A stretch of 64,000 nt of DNA from an uncultured Dehalococcoidia bacterium (lineage in GTDB: Bacteria > Chloroflexota > Dehalococcoidia > SHYB01): positions 10,858 to 74,857 of the forward strand of contig CAZKTO010000004.1 in NCBI GenBank assembly GCA_964555685.1. Direction: 5' to 3'. This document shows positions 10,632-19,560 of this stretch, in pieces. The notes beneath the pieces were generated by a model, which had not been told where the DNA came from, made no database searches, and saw only the letters and a list, made by a program, of their open reading frames with translations. Positions within the stretch are counted from its first letter, which is position 1. Each line of letters starts with the position of its first letter. A program made the translations under genes and the position numbers.

Positions 10632-11042
10632 TCAGAACGAGTACTTCTTCCCCCGCTGCCGCTGCTCGTCCAGCAGGGCCGCCAGCTCCCGGACGGCGTG
10701 GTGGGCGTACGGGATATAGTCCTCGGGTGGCATCTCCACGCGCTTCACCGAATCGTCCCGCGTCAGCCCCATATCGAACCCTGCGCCCGGCGCCTGCACC
10801 TTCAGCGAGAACTCGTACATCTCCCCGTCCGGGCAGACGACGATGCAGCCCCGGTCCGCCTTCTGCGCGCCCCCGGGCTCCGCCTCGATGGCCCGCACCT
10901 CGGTGCTGCCCAGGAAATAGGGGAAGGGCGCCAGCTCCTGGGCCATGGCCACGACGATCTCGTGCAGCTCCGCGGCCAGTCGCTGCACGCTCTCCTGTGC
11001 CCGCCGCACCTGGGCCTGCGGGTTGAACTCCTGCTCCGGCAT
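10632..11042 (-). CDS. Hypothetical protein (136 aa, starts MPEQEFNPQAQV...)
   Basis: Coding-like composition. The ATG at 11042 is preferred over the longer ORF, whose head is Arg/Pro-rich junk. Confidence 0.6.
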   Translation of the reverse strand: MPEQEFNPQAQVRRAQESVQRLAAELHEIVVAMAQELAPFPYFLGSTEVRAIEAEPGGAQKADRGCIVVCPDGEMYEFSLKVQAPGAGFDMGLTRDDSVKRVEMPPEDYIPYAHHAVRELAALLDEQRQRGKKYSF

Positions 11043-11155
11043 CGGGTCGCTCCTGCGCAATGCGCGACGCTGAGAGGATGCACCGAGCATTATACCCAGA
11101 CGCGCCTGCGGGCGCCCTTGACGCCCGCCCGGCCCCTGCGTACGATAGGGCCGCA

Positions 11156-11179
11156 ACCCCCACCCAGGGGGTAGGGGTA
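11156..11179 (+). promoter_or_regulatory. Candidate CsoR operator (ACCCCC-n5-GGGGGT followed by AGGGGTA) just upstream of the csoR RBS
   Basis: GC-rich inverted repeat seen directly. CsoR operators are known to be C/G-tract pseudo-palindromes. The assignment is an inference. Confidence 0.3.
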
Positions 11180-11190
11180 AGGAGGATGCC

Positions 11191-11457
11191 ATGCGGAGCG
11201 ACGTCCGGTCCCAAGCCCTCAAGCGCATGGCCTACATCGAAGGCCACCTGGCCGGCGTGCGGAGGATGGTCGAGGACGACCGCTACTGCGTGGACGTCCT
11301 CAAGCAGACCCACGCCATCCGCCGCGCCATCGAGAGGCTCGAGGCCATGCTGCTGGAGTCCCATCTCGAGACCTGCGTCGTCGACGGCATCAAGGATGGC
11401 CGCGAGCGCCAGATCGTCGACGAGCTGCGGGAGCTCTACGGCGTCGGCGGCCGGTAG
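11191..11457 (+). CDS. csoR: CsoR/RcnR-family metal-sensing repressor (copper-sensitive operon repressor)
   Basis: 88 aa with RMAYIEGHLAGVRRMVEDDRYCVDVLKQTHAIRRAIE, the typical CsoR helix bundle carrying the C-H-C ligand pattern. Confidence 0.9.
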   Translation: MRSDVRSQALKRMAYIEGHLAGVRRMVEDDRYCVDVLKQTHAIRRAIERLEAMLLESHLETCVVDGIKDGRERQIVDELRELYGVGGR

Positions 11458-11494
11458 AAGGGGTGGCCCAGGTCCTTGTTCCTCGAAACTTGTT

Positions 11495-11644
11495 CCCAGA
11501 ACCTATTGCAAAACGAGTCGGTGAGCCCAATCGCTGTCACCCTGAGCCCGTCCCCGGGCGAAGGGTCTGGGGTGGGGAACCTCCCCCAAGCCCCAGATTC
11601 TTCGCCTAACGGCTCAGAATGACACTTTTGCAACCAGCACTAGC
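11495..11644 (-). mobile_element. ~150-bp hairpin MITE with CTAG..GGTTGCAAA termini (copy 1, reverse orientation)
   Basis: Its reverse complement aligns along its length with 50366..50543 and 19558..19700. The internal long imperfect hairpin is GTCATTCTGAGCC..GGCGAAGAATCTGGGG / CCCCAGACCCTTCGCC..GGCTCAGGGTGAC. Confidence 0.8.
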
Positions 11645-13810
11645 ATGATGAAGGCGCATCCCTCGGTAGCTGCCCCGGCCTCTGGAAGCGGGTCCGGAAG
11701 AGCGAAGGACCCGATCTGCGGGATGATCATCGAGAGGTCCACCGCGCTGACGGCCGAGCGGAGCGGGCGTACCTACTACTTCTGCGCCCCCAGCTGCCTC
11801 CGCACCTTCGAGTCTCCCGAACGGGAGCTGAAGGCGATGCGTACTCGAGTCACGATCGCGTTGGCGGGCGTTCTTGCGATCGCGATCATGCGGGCTGCTG
11901 CTTTCATCGCGCTCGCGGCCGGCGCCACCATCGTCACGTGGGTGCCGATCCCTGCGTTGCCATGGCTCACCTGGGGCCGGTGGCTGTTCATCCTGGTTAC
12001 CCCTGTGCAGTTCATTGGCGGTTGGTCCTTTTACAAAGGGGCCTGGACAGCGATCCAGACCCGCAACATCAACATGGACTTCCTGATCGCCCTGGGCACG
12101 ACGACGGCCTACCTGTACAGCGTAGCGGTGGTCTTTTTCCCCGGCGTGCTCCCCGTTGACATCGAGGAGCGAGACGTCTACTTCGAAGTCTCCGCGGTAA
12201 TCATCGCCTTCGTGCTGCTTGGCAAGTATATGGAGGAGGCGATCAAGAAACGCTCCTCTGCCGCGGTCCGGAAGCTCATGGATCTGCGCCCGGCAACGGC
12301 ACACGTCATCCGCGATGGCGTGGAGGTGGAGATCCCGGCCGAAGCGATCATGGTGGACGAGGTCGTGGTGGTGCGGCCAGGGGAGAAGATCCCGACCGAT
12401 GGCGCGGTCGTCGAGGGCAGCTCGGCTGCGGACGAGTCGATGCTCACCGGGGAGTCGATGCCAGTGGAGAAGGGGGTCGGCGCGCTGGTCATCGGTGGCA
12501 CGTTGAACCAGACTGGCCTCCTGCGTTTCCGGGCGACGCGCGTGGGCGCCGAAACCGCGCTCGCGCAGATCATCAAGCTGGTGGAGGAGGCGCAGGCCAG
12601 CACGGCGCAGGTGCAGCGCCTTGCGGACCGGGTTTCGAGCTACTTCGTCCCGGCGGTGGTCGCGATTGCTGTGCTCTCGTTCGGAGGATGGTGGAGCGCC
12701 GACGAGTTTCCGAAGGGATTGCTCGCGTTCATCGCGGTCTTGATCATCGCCTGCCCGTGCGCGCTTGGCATCGCCACGCCCGCCGCCCTCATGGTCGGCG
12801 TCGGCAAAGCAGCGGAGGCCGGTATTCTGATTCGGGGCGCGGAGGTCCTGGAGCGCGCGCAGAAGCTCACAACGATCGTCTTCGACAAGACCGGGACGCT
12901 CACTCGCGGTCAGCCTGCCGTGACCGACGTGCGGCCACTGGCTGAGTGGTCCGAGCCGGAACTTCTTCGCTTCGCCGCTGCCGTCGAAGCGGGCTCGGAG
13001 CATCCCCTGGCGCGCGCGATGGTGGGCGCAGCGACACTCCGTGGTCTGGAGCTTCCGGCTGTCACGCAGTTCGAGGCGATTCCGGGGCACGGCATCCGCG
13101 GCCAGGTAGCGGGACATGCTGTCATCCTGGGGAATCGCCGCCTGCTGGCGAGGGAGAGGATCGATGCCTCGCCCGCCGAAGAAGCGATGGCCGGCCTCGA
13201 GGGGCAGGGGAAGACCGCGATGCTGGTCACGGTGGATGGAAGGCTCGCAGGCATCATCGCCGTGGCGGATACCATCAAACCAGAGGCGCAGGAAGCGCTG
13301 GCAGCACTGCGACGCGACCGCATAACCCTCATCCTCCTCACCGGTGACAACCCCCGAACGGCGCACGCGATCGCGCGGGAGCTGGGGATTGACCGCGTCA
13401 TCGCGGAGGTGCTGCCCGCCGACAAGGCGGAGGTTATCCGCAAACTGCAGCAGCAGGGCGAGGTGGTGGGCATGGTCGGCGACGGTGTGAACGACGCCCC
13501 CGCATTGGCGACTGCGGACATCGGAATCGCGATCGGCTCTGGGTCCGATGTCGCGAAGGAGACCGGCGGCATCATTCTGATCAAGGACGACGTCCGGGAC
13601 GTGCCCACGAGCATTCGCATCTCGCGGGCGACGATGCGCAAGATCAAACAGAACCTGTTCTGGGCGTTGGCCTACAACACAGCGGCGATCCCGATCGCGG
13701 CCGTCGGACTCCTGAACCCGATCATCGCCGCCGCGGCCATGGCGCTGAGCTCACTATCCGTCGTCGTCAACTCTGCCCTCCTCAAGCGGGCAAAGCTCTC
13801 CGATCACTGA
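11645..13810 (+). CDS. copA: Copper-translocating P1B-type ATPase with an N-terminal YHS/TRASH metal-binding domain
   Basis: CPC motif ([13 protein letters not shown]), [17 protein letters not shown], and the N-terminal DPICGM...YYFCAPSC motif in place of an HMA domain. Confidence 0.9.
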   Translation: MMKAHPSVAAPASGSGSGRAKDPICGMIIERSTALTAERSGRTYYFCAPSCLRTFESPERELKAMRTRVTIALAGVLAIAIMRAAAFIALAAGATIVTWVPIPALPWLTWGRWLFILVTPVQFIGGWSFYKGAWTAIQTRNINMDFLIALGTTTAYLYSVAVVFFPGVLPVDIEERDVYFEVSAVIIAFVLLGKYMEEAIKKRSSAAVRKLMDLRPATAHVIRDGVEVEIPAEAIMVDEVVVVRPGEKIPTDGAVVEGSSAADESMLTGESMPVEKGVGALVIGGTLNQTGLLRFRATRVGAETALAQIIKLVEEAQASTAQVQRLADRVSSYFVPAVVAIAVLSFGGWWSADEFPKGLLAFIAVLIIACPCALGIATPAALMVGVGKAAEAGILIRGAEVLERAQKLTTIVFDKTGTLTRGQPAVTDVRPLAEWSEPELLRFAAAVEAGSEHPLARAMVGAATLRGLELPAVTQFEAIPGHGIRGQVAGHAVILGNRRLLARERIDASPAEEAMAGLEGQGKTAMLVTVDGRLAGIIAVADTIKPEAQEALAALRRDRITLILLTGDNPRTAHAIARELGIDRVIAEVLPADKAEVIRKLQQQGEVVGMVGDGVNDAPALATADIGIAIGSGSDVAKETGGIILIKDDVRDVPTSIRISRATMRKIKQNLFWALAYNTAAIPIAAVGLLNPIIAAAAMALSSLSVVVNSALLKRAKLSDH

Positions 13811-13976
13811 CATTTCGAGCGATGCTCACGGAACCTGCACGCCCGCAAAGGAGCCGCATATACCTCTTTCACGCCCAGAGGCCAGGATTGTGATAGCTGA
13901 ACGATCATGGCCGGCGTGGTGTGAGGGTGAGGGTAGCTGGGTCTCGGATCGGCGTTTGGCGGACGAGGAGGACGCG

Positions 13977-14204
13977 ATGCATATGCGCGGACACGGCGAA
14001 CATGGCGCAAGGCGGAGCTGGCTGCGTGCGGGGCTGGCCGCAGTGATCGTGGCGGGGCTGGTCGTGGCCGTCGCGCTCGGCGTCTCCCCATGGATTCTCG
14101 CCATCGGCGCAATGGCCCTGATGCATCTCTTCATGCACATGCCCGGCGGCCATCGGCATGGCGGCGGCCACGATGGGCAGACCACACGGCATCGAGGCTG
14201 CTAA
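13977..14204 (+). CDS. Possible His/Met-rich two-helix membrane peptide (MHMRGHGEHG...MHLFMHMPGGHRHGGGHDG...)
   Basis: An internal ATG of the 13890 ORF gives His-rich termini flanking two hydrophobic helices, in copper-module context. No family was verified. Confidence 0.45.
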   Translation: MHMRGHGEHGARRSWLRAGLAAVIVAGLVVAVALGVSPWILAIGAMALMHLFMHMPGGHRHGGGHDGQTTRHRGC

Positions 14205-14225
14205 ATCGTTCACAGGAGGAATGAC

Positions 14226-14396
14226 ATGGCGTTCTGGTCGAAGCAGAAGGTGAAGGACCCGGTGTGCGACATGGAGGTCGACCCGAAGAAAGCCGCGGGC
14301 AGTCATGAGCACGGCGGCAAGACCTACTACTTTTGCAGCGTTGGCTGCAAGAACAACTTCGCCAAGGAGCCGGAAAAGTACCTGAAGGCGAAGTAG
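14226..14396 (+). CDS. 56-aa YHS-domain protein (MAFWSKQKVKDPVCDMEVDPKKAAGSHEHGGKTYYFCSVGCKNNFAKEPEKYLKAK)
   Basis: Own translation; not in the ORF track (<60 aa). AGGAGG lies 6 nt upstream. The DPVCxM...YYFCS.GC motif repeats the CopA N-terminal motif. Confidence 0.7.
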   Translation: MAFWSKQKVKDPVCDMEVDPKKAAGSHEHGGKTYYFCSVGCKNNFAKEPEKYLKAK

Positions 14397-14421
14397 CCGC
14401 CCCGTGAGGAAAGGAGAATCC

Positions 14422-14847
14422 ATGGCGACGATCCTCGTCCCCCTGGACGGCTCAGCGATCGCGGAGCGCGTGGTCGGCTTCCTCCAGCGCATGGTCGAAG
14501 CCGGAGACACGCTCCATTTCTTGACGGTCGAGGAGTTCTTGCCCCCGCCAAAGGAGCCAGGACGGATCGATTCCTTCCATGAGGGGCGGATGCAGGCGCT
14601 TCAACGCTACTGCGTGCCCCTGCTGGCGAGGGGCATCAAGGCCCAGGCGGTTCTCCGCTACGGAAACCCTGGGGACACGATCCTCAAGTATGCCGACGAG
14701 GTCGGTGCCGGCACCATCCTCATCAGCAGCCACGGACGGACCGGCTTGCAGAAGGCCCTCTATGGGAGCGTTGCGGGCAAGGTGCTGGCACATTTCCGCG
14801 GCGAAGTGATTCTTGTTCGTCCGCGCCGCGAGGCGTTGCAGCCATGA
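14422..14847 (+). CDS. Universal stress protein (UspA family)
   Basis: MATILVPLDGS..., ...ILISSHGRTGLQKALYGSVAGKVL... . AAGGAGA lies 5 nt before ATG 14422. Confidence 0.85.
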   Translation: MATILVPLDGSAIAERVVGFLQRMVEAGDTLHFLTVEEFLPPPKEPGRIDSFHEGRMQALQRYCVPLLARGIKAQAVLRYGNPGDTILKYADEVGAGTILISSHGRTGLQKALYGSVAGKVLAHFRGEVILVRPRREALQP

Positions 14848-14939
14848 CCCACGCTCCAGTCGATAGATCCGCGAGGCCCAGGAAACGGGGATTGCTGCTC
14901 CTGCTGTCGGCAGTCCCCCTTGTCGTGGCCGCGTCTCCA

Positions 14940-15371
14940 TCACCCCGCCAGCCCCTCCCTCACGTCCGGACCCGCGCAGGCCTCCGAGAGGCACGAGACG
15001 CTATCGATGTACTCCCGCCAGTAGACGATCTTGCCGTTGCGCACGCGCGCCACGATGGCGTCGTCGGCCTGGCTCACCTCCCCCGACTCTCGGTTCACGT
15101 CCGACCAGCGCCACTCCACCGCCGCGCTCTCCCTATCGATGACGATGCGCCGAATCCGTACCCGCGTGTCGCGGAACTGGGCGAAGTACTCCAGGGCCGC
15201 CCGCCGCACCTGCTCGCGGCTCGCCAGGCGCACCCTCGGCACGATGAACTGGCATCGGGCCGCGAAGGCCCCGGCGATGGCCTCGGCGTCGCCGCGAGCC
15301 CACGCCCTCGCCTGGGCGCGCACCAGGGCGCGCAGTCCGTCGGAGTCCATTCGTCGCGCAGGCATCGTCAC
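14940..15371 (-). CDS. SnoaL/NTF2-like (ketosteroid-isomerase-fold) protein
   Basis: 143 aa with the pattern W..GD.eAia..F..d......v....G...v...........v.....i......a.ve......g.....d.a......ngkI...reY. Confidence 0.65.
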   Translation of the reverse strand: MTMPARRMDSDGLRALVRAQARAWARGDAEAIAGAFAARCQFIVPRVRLASREQVRRAALEYFAQFRDTRVRIRRIVIDRESAAVEWRWSDVNRESGEVSQADDAIVARVRNGKIVYWREYIDSVSCLSEACAGPDVREGLAG

Positions 15372-16063
15372 GCCCTCCCGTACACGGGGATGGCCCCGCC
15401 GGAGATGATCCGCGCCTTGTCACTCACGAGAAACGCGATGACGCCGGCTACCTGCTCGGTCTTCGGCCAGATGCTCGGGTCCACGTCCGGCATGGCGCGC
15501 CGGTTGGCCGGCGTGTCCATCGTCGAAGGCAGAATGGCGTTCACCGTGATGCCGTCGTCCAGCCACTCCTCGCCCAGCGAGAGGGCCAGGTTCGCCACCG
15601 CCGCCTTCGTGGCGGCGTAGACGGCGCTGCCAGGCCCGCCCTTGAAGGCGCCCCGCGCTCCGATGAGCACCACCGCGGCGCCGTTTGGGCTTCGCTTCAG
15701 GTAGGGATGCGCCTCCCGCAGCGCCACGATGGCCGACTTCAGGTTCATCCGGATCAGCGTATCGATCTGCTCCGGCGGAATCTCGGCGATGGGCCCGCCC
15801 TCGTAGCCGCCCGCGCAGCAGACCATCGCCGCCAACGGTCCGCCCACCTTCTTCAGTATCCTGCGCACCGCCGCGGGATCGGTGAGCTCGACGGTGTGCA
15901 CTGGTATCCCCCGGAAGTCTGGCAGCCCCTTGAACCGGCGGGCGTCCTCGCCGGTCTCGGAGGTTACGTGCACCTGGAATCCGGCAGCCGTCAGCGCTCG
16001 GGTGACCGACCCTCCCAGGGCTCCCGTCCCGCCCGTTACCAGAGCCTTTGGTTGTCTCGGCAT
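15368..16063 (-). CDS. Short-chain dehydrogenase/reductase (SDR)
   Basis: ALVTGGTGALGGSV (TGxxxGxG), YAATKAAV catalytic Y-x3-K, overlap-coupled to the SnoaL-like gene. Confidence 0.85.
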   Translation of the reverse strand: MPRQPKALVTGGTGALGGSVTRALTAAGFQVHVTSETGEDARRFKGLPDFRGIPVHTVELTDPAAVRRILKKVGGPLAAMVCCAGGYEGGPIAEIPPEQIDTLIRMNLKSAIVALREAHPYLKRSPNGAAVVLIGARGAFKGGPGSAVYAATKAAVANLALSLGEEWLDDGITVNAILPSTMDTPANRRAMPDVDPSIWPKTEQVAGVIAFLVSDKARIISGGAIPVYGRA

Positions 16064-16097
16064 TCAGCGCCTCCCATCCAGGACCGTGTTATTGCGG

Positions 16098-16141
16098 GCC
16101 CCTTCCCCAAAGACGAAGGAAGGGGGATCAGGGGTTAGGTC
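16098..16141 (+). repeat. Half type-A element (degenerate hairpin 2 plus GGGGTTAGGTC)
   Basis: GCCCCTTCCCCaaagacgaaGGAAGGGGGATCAGGGGTTAGGTC. Confidence 0.6.
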
Positions 16142-16144
16142 GTT

Positions 16145-17011
16145 CTACTGCCCCCATCGGCCCGAGGGCGTCATCCGCCAGCCGGCCGCGGCTATCGTCC
16201 CGCCGCCGACGTGGATCGTCTCGCCCGTAATCCACTCGGACAGGTCCGAGGCCAGGAAGATCGCCGCCCCGCCGAAGTCCTCCGGGTAGCCCCGGCGGCT
16301 CAGGGGCACCTGGGGCAGCGGCTCCTTCGAGTCGAAGAGGGGAGCCATCTCCAGGATGCCCGGCGTCACCGTCACGTCCGGCGCGATCTCGTTGACGCGG
16401 ATGCCCAGCGGCGCCACCTCGAGCGCCAGGCTCTTGGTGAAGTTCGCTAGCCCGGCCTTCGCTGCCGCGTAGGGCGTGTACCCCGGCGCCCCGCGGTACG
16501 CCTCGATAGTCGTGAAGTTGATGATGCAGCCCGCCCCCTCTCCGGCACGGAGAGGGGGCGGGCTGCCTGCGGCGGGCCGGGGATGAGGGTAGCCCTTGGT
16601 CCTGGCGGCTTGCATGGCCCGCACGGCGCCCCGGCTCCAGCGCATCGCCTGGACCAGATTCAGGTCGATGGCGTTCATCCACTCCTCGTCCGTCATCGCC
16701 ATGAAGTCCTTGTGGATCGTCCCGCCCAGGTTGTTCACCATGATGTCCAGCCGGCCCAGCTGGCGCACCGTCTCCCCGATGACGCGGTCCACCGTGGCCT
16801 GCTGGCGGCAGTCGGCGGCGAAGGCCAGCGCCTTCCGGCCCAGGGCCCGCACCTCCTGCGCCGCCTCCTGGAGCTCCCGCTCCTTCAGATCAACCAGCAC
16901 GATGTGGGCGCCGAAGGCGGCCAGGCACCGGGCCACCGCCCGCCCGATCCCTCCCGCCGACCCAGTCACGATGGCGACGCGGTCCGTGATCAGGGCCTTT
17001 TGCGGATTCAT
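16145..17011 (-). CDS. SDR oxidoreductase, tandem paralogue 1, carrying a 21-aa repeat-derived insertion
   Basis: VTGSAGGIGRAV, YAAAKAG. It is collinear with 17031..17876 except for the extra YPHPRPAAGSPPPLRAGEGAG. Confidence 0.85.
   Translation of the reverse strand: MNPQKALITDRVAIVTGSAGGIGRAVARCLAAFGAHIVLVDLKERELQEAAQEVRALGRKALAFAADCRQQATVDRVIGETVRQLGRLDIMVNNLGGTIHKDFMAMTDEEWMNAIDLNLVQAMRWSRGAVRAMQAARTKGYPHPRPAAGSPPPLRAGEGAGCIINFTTIEAYRGAPGYTPYAAAKAGLANFTKSLALEVAPLGIRVNEIAPDVTVTPGILEMAPLFDSKEPLPQVPLSRRGYPEDFGGAAIFLASDLSEWITGETIHVGGGTIAAAGWRMTPSGRWGQ
16529..16591. repeat. 63-nt in-frame insertion inside the SDR CDS, containing a perfect 15-nt-arm palindrome (16529..16563: GCCCGCCCCCTCTCC ggcac GGAGAGGGGGCGGGC)
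   Basis: The hairpin core CCCCTCTCCGGCACGGAGAGGGG is identical to hairpin 1 of the 18000 copy. The paralogue lacks exactly these 21 codons. Confidence 0.85.
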
Positions 17012-17030
17012 GACGCTCCCTTCCCTCTGT

Positions 17031-17876
17031 TCACTCCAGTGGCCTGCCCGAGTAGACCTGGGCGCTCACGCCGTCGGTGCTCCAGTGGCCCGAGGGCGTC
17101 AGCTTCCAGCCGGAGGCGGCGTTGGTCCCGCCGCCCACGTGGATCGTCTCGCCCGTCACCCACTCGGACATCTCCGAGGCGAGGTAGAGGGCGGCGCCGG
17201 CGTGGTCCTCGGGCCGGCCCCGGCGGCGCATGGGGATGTGGCTTGGGATGCCCGCCTTCTCCCAGTCCGGCCGCAGCTTGAGGACGCCGGGAGTCACCGT
17301 CGCGTCGGGCGCGATGGCGTTGACCCGGATGCCCCACGGCGAGAGCTCGAGGGCCATCGTCTTGGTGAAGTTGGCCAGGCCGGCCTTGGCGGCGGCGTAG
17401 GGCGCGTAGCCCGGCGCCGCCCGGTACGCCTCGATCGTCGTCACGTTGATGATGGAGCCTCGCGTCTTCCGCTCCATCATCACCTGAGCCGCCGCCTTCG
17501 TCCACCGGAACGCCTGGACCAGGTTCTTGTCCACCGACTCCATCCACTGGTCCTCCGTCATCTCCATGAAGAGCTTCCGGATGGAGCCGCCGGCGTTGTT
17601 GACCATCACGTCGATCCGTCCCAGCTCCCGGACCGTCTCCGCGATGACCCGCTCGACGGTCGTCTGCTGGCGGCAGTCGGCGGCGAAGGCCAGGGCCTTC
17701 CTCCCATGCCCGCGCACCTCGCGCGCCGCCTCCTGGAGCTCCTGGCTCTTGATGTCCACCATGACCACGTGCGCCCCGTACTCGGCGTAGCAGCCCGCGA
17801 TGGCGCGGCCGATCCCTCCGGCGGCCCCGGTGACGATGGCGACGCGGTCGGTCAGCACGGCCTTCTCTTGGTACAT
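17031..17876 (-). CDS. SDR oxidoreductase, tandem paralogue 2
   Basis: VTGAAGGIGRAI, NNAG, YAAAKAG. It is highly similar to 16145..17011. Confidence 0.9.
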   Translation of the reverse strand: MYQEKAVLTDRVAIVTGAAGGIGRAIAGCYAEYGAHVVMVDIKSQELQEAAREVRGHGRKALAFAADCRQQTTVERVIAETVRELGRIDVMVNNAGGSIRKLFMEMTEDQWMESVDKNLVQAFRWTKAAAQVMMERKTRGSIINVTTIEAYRAAPGYAPYAAAKAGLANFTKTMALELSPWGIRVNAIAPDATVTPGVLKLRPDWEKAGIPSHIPMRRRGRPEDHAGAALYLASEMSEWVTGETIHVGGGTNAASGWKLTPSGHWSTDGVSAQVYSGRPLE

Positions 17877-17999
17877 CTCGGCTGCCTCCTCGGCGATGGT
17901 TCGGGCCCGGCCCTCCCCGACAGGTCGGGGTCCACGATGGCGTTCGCGGAGCCCGGGCGCGCCCCATGATACCAGCCGCGCGAAGGCCCGCCCGGCTCA

Positions 18000-18114
18000 C
18001 TGCCCTCTCCCCCGTCCCCTCTCCGGCACGGAGAGGGGCGCACCGTATCCCCCTTCCCTCGCAGGGAAGGGGGCCAGGAGGTTAGGGCCGGTCTTGCCAC
18101 CAGAGTTTAGGCAT
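18000..18114 (+). repeat. Type-A bipartite element (18000..18089) plus a 25-nt tail identical to the 5' end of the thiolase-like gene
   Basis: CTGCCCTCTCCCCCGTCCCCTCTCCggcacGGAGAGGGGCGCACCGTATCCCCCTTCCCtcgcaGGGAAGGGGGCCAGGAGGTTAGGGCC, then GGTCTTGCCACCAGAGTTTAGGCAT. Confidence 0.9.
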
Positions 18115-18129
18115 CCTGTGCAGCCCTCG

Positions 18130-18215
18130 CTGCCCTCTCTCTCCTGTCCCTCTCCTGAAGGGAGAGGGACGATACCCCCTTCCTCTTTAGGGAAGGGGGC
18201 CAGGGGGTTAGGTCC
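18130..18215 (+). repeat. Type-A bipartite element (variant shared with 7391 and 62312)
   Basis: CTGCCCTCTCTCTCCTGTCCCTCTCCtgaagGGAGAGGGACGATACCCCCTTCCTCTTTAGGGAAGGGGGCCAGGGGGTTAGGTCC. Confidence 0.9.
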
Positions 18216-18297
18216 GCCCTTGACCCTTTCCTGGGCCCACTCTACAATCCGCCTCAGAGAGGCGGCCCGGTCCCCCGCGCCGCCCAAGGAGGCGACC

Positions 18298-19560
18298 ATG
18301 GGGCGAACCATCTTCAAGAAGGCCAACCTGATCGACGGCGAGCACCCTGCTCGTAAGAATGTCACCGTCGTCGTCGAGGGCGAGCGCATCGCCAGCGTCA
18401 CGGCAGGCCAGGAGCCGGCGCCGAGGCCGGGGGACCAGGTCTACGACCTGGGGGGCCGCACGCTGATGCCGGGCATGGTGCTCTGTCACTACCATCCCTC
18501 CTACCACAAGATCGGCACCTTCGGCGGCCCCATCGATCTGCAGTACCAGCCGCCCACGCTGGCCATGATCGCCGCTCGCAACGCCCAGACGACCATCGAG
18601 TGCGGGTTCACGTCAGCCGTCGGCGCCGGCACCATCCACAACATCGATGTGGCCCTCCGCGAGGCCATCGACATGGGGATGATCACGGGGCCCCGCATCA
18701 TGGCCTCGGGCCGTGATCTGGTGACCACCGGCAGCCAGGTCGGCGGATGGCCCTGGTGGTGGCAGGTGGGCCTCGAGGGCGTCGCCAGAAGGTGCGACGG
18801 GCCCGAGGAGTTCCGCAAGGCCGTGCGGGAAGAGGTGGACAAGGGCGTCGAGATGATCAAGCTCTACCCCACCGTGGGCCATCCCGGGCCGTGGCCTGAG
18901 GACCGGATGAACATCACCGTCGAGGAGATGCGCGCCGCCGCCGAGGCCGTCCACGAGCGCGGCAAGAAGATCCGCGCCCACGTGGCCTCCAAGAAGGCGA
19001 TCCTGGCATGCTGCGCCACGGGGATCGATGTCATCGACCACGCCGACGCCATCGACGGCGAGTGCGTCGATGCGATCCTGCGCACGGGCGCGTACCTCGT
19101 GCCGAGCTGCCTGTACCCGGAGTCGGTGCTGGAGGAGGCGCGGCGCCGCGGCGAGGCGGACCGCCCCCGCTATCGCCAGGCTCAAGAGACGCTGGACCGC
19201 TTCTACGGCGTGCTGCCGGAGGTCAATGCCGCCGGCGTCAAGCTCGTCCTCGGCGACGACTACGGCACGGCGACGCTCCCCCACGGCGACTACGCCAAGG
19301 AGATGACGCTCTATGTCCAGCGCGTCGGCATCGCGCCCCTCGATGTCCTCCGCTGGGCGACCAAGAACGGCGCGGAGCTTATGGGCATGGGTGACCAGCT
19401 CGGCACTATCGAGCCGGGCAAACTGGCCGACCTCCTGGTCGTCGACGGCGACCCGACGGCCGATATCGCCGTCCTCCAGGACACCGCGCGCCTCCACGCC
19501 ATTATGAAGGGTGGCGCCTTCGTCAAGAACGAGCTCGCCAACGCTGGTGGCGGGCGCTAG
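18298..19560 (+). CDS. Metal-dependent amidohydrolase-family protein
   Basis: MGRTIFKKANLIDG...DLGGRTLMPGMVLCHYH... followed by typical TIM-barrel hydrolase features. AAGGAGG lies upstream of ATG 18298. The 166 aa upstream in the track ORF are translated repeats. Confidence 0.8.
   Translation: MGRTIFKKANLIDGEHPARKNVTVVVEGERIASVTAGQEPAPRPGDQVYDLGGRTLMPGMVLCHYHPSYHKIGTFGGPIDLQYQPPTLAMIAARNAQTTIECGFTSAVGAGTIHNIDVALREAIDMGMITGPRIMASGRDLVTTGSQVGGWPWWWQVGLEGVARRCDGPEEFRKAVREEVDKGVEMIKLYPTVGHPGPWPEDRMNITVEEMRAAAEAVHERGKKIRAHVASKKAILACCATGIDVIDHADAIDGECVDAILRTGAYLVPSCLYPESVLEEARRRGEADRPRYRQAQETLDRFYGVLPEVNAAGVKLVLGDDYGTATLPHGDYAKEMTLYVQRVGIAPLDVLRWATKNGAELMGMGDQLGTIEPGKLADLLVVDGDPTADIAVLQDTARLHAIMKGGAFVKNELANAGGGR

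Noticed and set aside
17800-18297. N-terminal extensions of track ORFs that start far upstream of the conserved protein. Examples: 17800..19560 (586 aa), 3834..5657, 37683..39911, 33564..34967, 44495..45289, 60543..61277, 40038..40667.
   Set aside because: The extra residues are translations of repeat elements or of the neighbouring gene in another frame. Internal starts with Shine-Dalgarno-like sequences coincide with where homology begins.
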